DNA of 64,000 bases, taken from the sequence record NZ_CP094333.1, one strand, 5' to 3'. Positions 61,217 through 64,000 of this stretch are shown one piece after another (the stretch's first letter is position 1; each line of letters starts with the position of its first letter). The notes under the pieces are model-generated. The model had not been told where the DNA came from, did not search any database, and saw nothing but the letters and a program-made list of their open reading frames with translations. Both the position numbers and the translations under genes were made by a program. This DNA is from a plasmid.

Positions 61217-62209
61217 TCAGGCCAGCTTATGTGTTTTTTGCAGGCTGCTGGTAGCCAGCAGCTTCAATTGATCCCCAAAATCAGGGAAACCTGCTGTGGC
61301 AAGTACATCTGCAACAATGTCTGCTTTGGTATGACCACGTTCAAGCCAAACGAGTTTGAGTTTGACTCCTGACTTTATAGTATTGTGCATATTCCGAGGT
61401 AATTCTGAATTACCAAATGGGCATTCAAAGGCAATCATCGCCCTGAAAAAGCAGGCTAACCGTTCATCTGCAGGAATAGCAAACAGGTGCCATTGCTGAC
61501 ATAAAGCTGAAACCATCTGCATGTTTACATGGAAGCGACTCAATCTGCCCGTAAGCGGAACAGAAATTCCCAGACGGCATGCCTGATAACGGGCAGCTGC
61601 AAAATGATGTGAGCCACCTTCATTCAGCCAATACAGCTTACGCTCAGTCCACGGATATTCAGCAAAGCGCATTCGATGGAGCCTTAACTCCCAGTACTGC
61701 ATATTTTCTCTGAGATGTTCTTCATTTACCGGGGTAACCAGCCCAGGGCATCTCAGTAGAGGAAATTCATAAATGTCACCAATATCATACATCTCAGATT
61801 TCGATGCGGAGATACCCTGAATATCGGTGATATCACACGAAAAATGAGGAATATCTTCTTTGCTAATCAGATTCTGAACTTCGGGAACAACCATATGACA
61901 TCGTTCTAAACCACGATAGTAGCCTGGCTTATAGAAATCTATCGTACATTGGCGAGAATCAGATGGTATCCATGATGGGGATATCCAGTCCTGCCAGTAA
62001 ATCACCGATCGCGTCCATAGTGTATCGACAGGAGTTTTTAAAGGACACGGGATTAACTCCCCGGATGCAATCGCTCTTTCAAGTTGCCCTGGTCGCCCCA
62101 GAGAATGTCTTATTTTTTCATAGCCCCATCCAACTATACTGCGCAAAACAGAAAGTTGAGTTTTATCTGACAGCTCGGAAGATATGTATCTCTCTTTTTT
62201 ATCATTCAT
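61217..62209 (-). CDS. Hypothetical protein (330 aa) between the finO-like gene and the replication region
   Basis: ORF only. Confidence 0.45.
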   Translation of the reverse strand: MNDKKERYISSELSDKTQLSVLRSIVGWGYEKIRHSLGRPGQLERAIASGELIPCPLKTPVDTLWTRSVIYWQDWISPSWIPSDSRQCTIDFYKPGYYRGLERCHMVVPEVQNLISKEDIPHFSCDITDIQGISASKSEMYDIGDIYEFPLLRCPGLVTPVNEEHLRENMQYWELRLHRMRFAEYPWTERKLYWLNEGGSHHFAAARYQACRLGISVPLTGRLSRFHVNMQMVSALCQQWHLFAIPADERLACFFRAMIAFECPFGNSELPRNMHNTIKSGVKLKLVWLERGHTKADIVADVLATAGFPDFGDQLKLLATSSLQKTHKLA

Positions 62210-62945
62210 ATATTTTTATTCAGACGATCAATTTTTTCCTGATAATAATGATAAAAGTATTGATTGTTAACAGATGCCGCGCCAGCGGCATGGAAGGCGG
62301 CACTCCATTGTTTCATATGATACCGGAGTAAAACCGCCGAAGCCCGGCGTAAGCCGGTACTGATTGATAGATTTCGCCTATCCCATTCCCACCCTGCTAA
62401 GCCATACCCGCTTTCAGCCATGAGAGAGCTTCTGTGCGCGGTCGGAGTGGTCCCGACGAGGGTTTACCCGAAGTCGGGGCGTATCTCCGCGTTAGCGGGC
62501 CGTGAGGGCCGCTTACGAGCGTGTACTCGATACTTCCAGCCAGAAGACTGACAGCGATGGGAATGCTTAGTTACAACATTCATAATTAAAAGCGATGTTG
62601 TTCCCGCCCTTCGGGCGGGGGCGGCCTCGCTTTTCAGTTATGAGGGGTAGGCACGGTGCTGCGTTTGTGTGGCGTTTTTATTCCTGATGTTTTTTTGCTG
62701 TGGTTTCTGAATGGTGAGGTTCGGGGCCCGCGCGTTAGCGTGGGAGGTGCTTTTAGATTCTGAGCGGCGCGGCCCTGGCCGCTGCAAGCGAAGGCCTCTT
62801 TGTATTTGTTCACAGTGGTTTCAGAGATAAAGACTTTCCCTGCGGCGAAGCAACGCAGGGGATTAAATAATGGGGTTAAGACTATATTGCAGGTTTGCTG
62901 TTTCAGGTTTGCAGCTTCTTAAACTTCTTTGTTTGCGGATTTATG

Positions 62946-62954
62946 TGGATAACT
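62946..62954. promoter_or_regulatory. DnaA box within an oriV-like region downstream of repA
   Basis: TGTGGATAA is the complement of TTATCCACA. It is flanked by GC-rich hairpins (62400-62900). Confidence 0.5.
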
Positions 62955-63118
62955 GAAACAACGTGGCCACGTTCTGATGACTGATGCGTGGTTTTATGAG
63001 CAAATATGCCCCTCTGAGGGGATTTAAGGTGATTACTGCGGATTTTGGGCTGAGCGATACCTGCGCCGAAAGCCCCGGAGGGGCTGGCGATGATTCAGTG
63101 CTGAGGGAATGGTGCTGT

Positions 63119-63898
63119 CTAGTGCGGTGGCGGGGCAGCCAGCGTCAGTTCAAGCTGACGCAACTCCCTGATGGCCAGTCGCTTCAGATGGTCATCGGAA
63201 CAAAAATAGGCTTCATCCGGCGGCAGACGCTTCCTGAGATACTCTGCCATCTCATGAATCTGCTGGTCGGCAGGCAGTTTCTTCAGGCGTCTGGCGCGCT
63301 TACTGGCTGCCGCTTTTGCACGACGGTGTTTCAGTGCATCCTGGCTGCGCTGCAGATACCAGCGTTTTCTGGCCGCATGTACGGAGATATCTTCATCCTC
63401 ACGCAGAACACCTTCCCGAATGAGCTGCTGGCGGATTTCACTTTCACGCAGTCGTTTCTGCTGCTGTTCGTGAAGTTTTACCATGTCGACGCCCAGCATC
63501 TGCCAGCCAGCCGGTGTTATCCAGACGTAACGTGGCAGACGCTGGCGGGTTTCACGGTCCCACAGGGTTTCCTCTGAAACACCCAGCACACCAAAACGTA
63601 CCTGTTCGGCCAGCAAACGGGAAAGGCGGGAGACCGTCACTTCCAGTTCCGGAATAACCTTCCCCTTGCTGTCTTTCGGGCTGATTTCTCTGGCCAGACG
63701 GGAAACACTCATGCCTACGGTATGTGTGCCCGCATCACTGAAGCTGACCAGAACCGGCCAGATGGCATCGAGGAGGCGTTGTTTTTCCGGACGGAAAGCA
63801 TATTTGCGACCGGCATACATTCGTTTCTGCACGTAAAAAGGATGCAGAGACATGTGCATGCGCAGGCTCTGCTCGCCGGTCACCGGGTCCTTTTTCAC
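63119..63898 (-). CDS. repA: IncFII_repA-family replication initiator (RepA1/RepZ-like). The true N-terminus may lie beyond the window
   Basis: 259-aa ORF with a basic C-terminus, followed downstream by a DnaA-box origin region. The antisense ORF 62984-63577 is spurious. Confidence 0.55.
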   Translation of the reverse strand: MKKDPVTGEQSLRMHMSLHPFYVQKRMYAGRKYAFRPEKQRLLDAIWPVLVSFSDAGTHTVGMSVSRLAREISPKDSKGKVIPELEVTVSRLSRLLAEQVRFGVLGVSEETLWDRETRQRLPRYVWITPAGWQMLGVDMVKLHEQQQKRLRESEIRQQLIREGVLREDEDISVHAARKRWYLQRSQDALKHRRAKAAASKRARRLKKLPADQQIHEMAEYLRKRLPPDEAYFCSDDHLKRLAIRELRQLELTLAAPPPH

Positions 63899-64000
63899 CA
63901 GACGGTTGTAGGCGTGCCCGAGCTGCCCGCTCAGCGCCTTATAGCGCTCAGGACGATACCAGGACGGATTTTCGCATTTGGGTTTGGTGGAGTGCTCACC

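Noticed and set aside
62984-63577. 197-aa plus-strand ORF
   Set aside because: Antisense to the repA coding frame. No RBS. The minus-strand frame is far more protein-like.

Overview
This window is a mosaic conjugative plasmid segment from Enterobacteriaceae, with ten regions in order. (1) The distal end of an IncI-type transfer region: a pndA hok-family toxin, an exclusion-gene module flanked by about 165-bp direct repeats, trbA, trbB, trbC, and the nikB/nikA relaxosome genes next to an R64-like oriT. (2) A long leading region on the minus strand with three Frpo/ssi-like single-strand promoter repeats, an HTH gene, an Rpn-family nuclease, ardA, psiA, psiB, a ParB-like nuclease gene and ssb. 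(3) More leading-region genes: klcA/ardB, two DUF1380-like paralogues and an orphan DPPY DNA methyltransferase. (4) A LexA-box-controlled impCAB mutagenesis operon. (5) Two divergent partition modules sharing an iteron region, a ParMR-like stbAB pair (the parM homologue is frameshifted) and a small ParA plus a ribbon-helix-helix partner, followed by a tyrosine recombinase. (6) An AT-rich cargo block of uncharacterised operons. It includes a DUF3800-like gene plus an XRE gene bracketed by about 220-bp direct repeats, a candidate HEPN-motif pair and an overlapping two-gene operon. (7) A GC-rich IS26-bounded resistance island: IS26, a truncated IS26, a truncated ISAba125, blaNDM-5, bleMBL, trpF, tat/dsbD, ISCR1, sul1, qacEdelta1, aadA2, gcuF, dfrA12, attI1, a truncated intI1, IS26 and a truncated Tn1721 tnpA with its 38-bp inverted repeat. 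(8) An AT-rich island with a frameshifted ATPase that looks like an OLD/Gabija-type ABC ATPase plus Toprim. (9) A FinO/ProQ-domain gene, also frameshifted at an A-tract. (10) An oriV-like region with a DnaA box and the 3' part of an IncFII_repA-family rep gene. The most unusual structure is the plasmid ssb gene. It is split after codon 13 by a group IIA intron whose reverse transcriptase is LtrA-like. That intron is itself split by an IS66-family element with an 8-bp target duplication. A second, unrelated group II intron sits about 0.6 kb away inside the Frpo repeat upstream of ssb.
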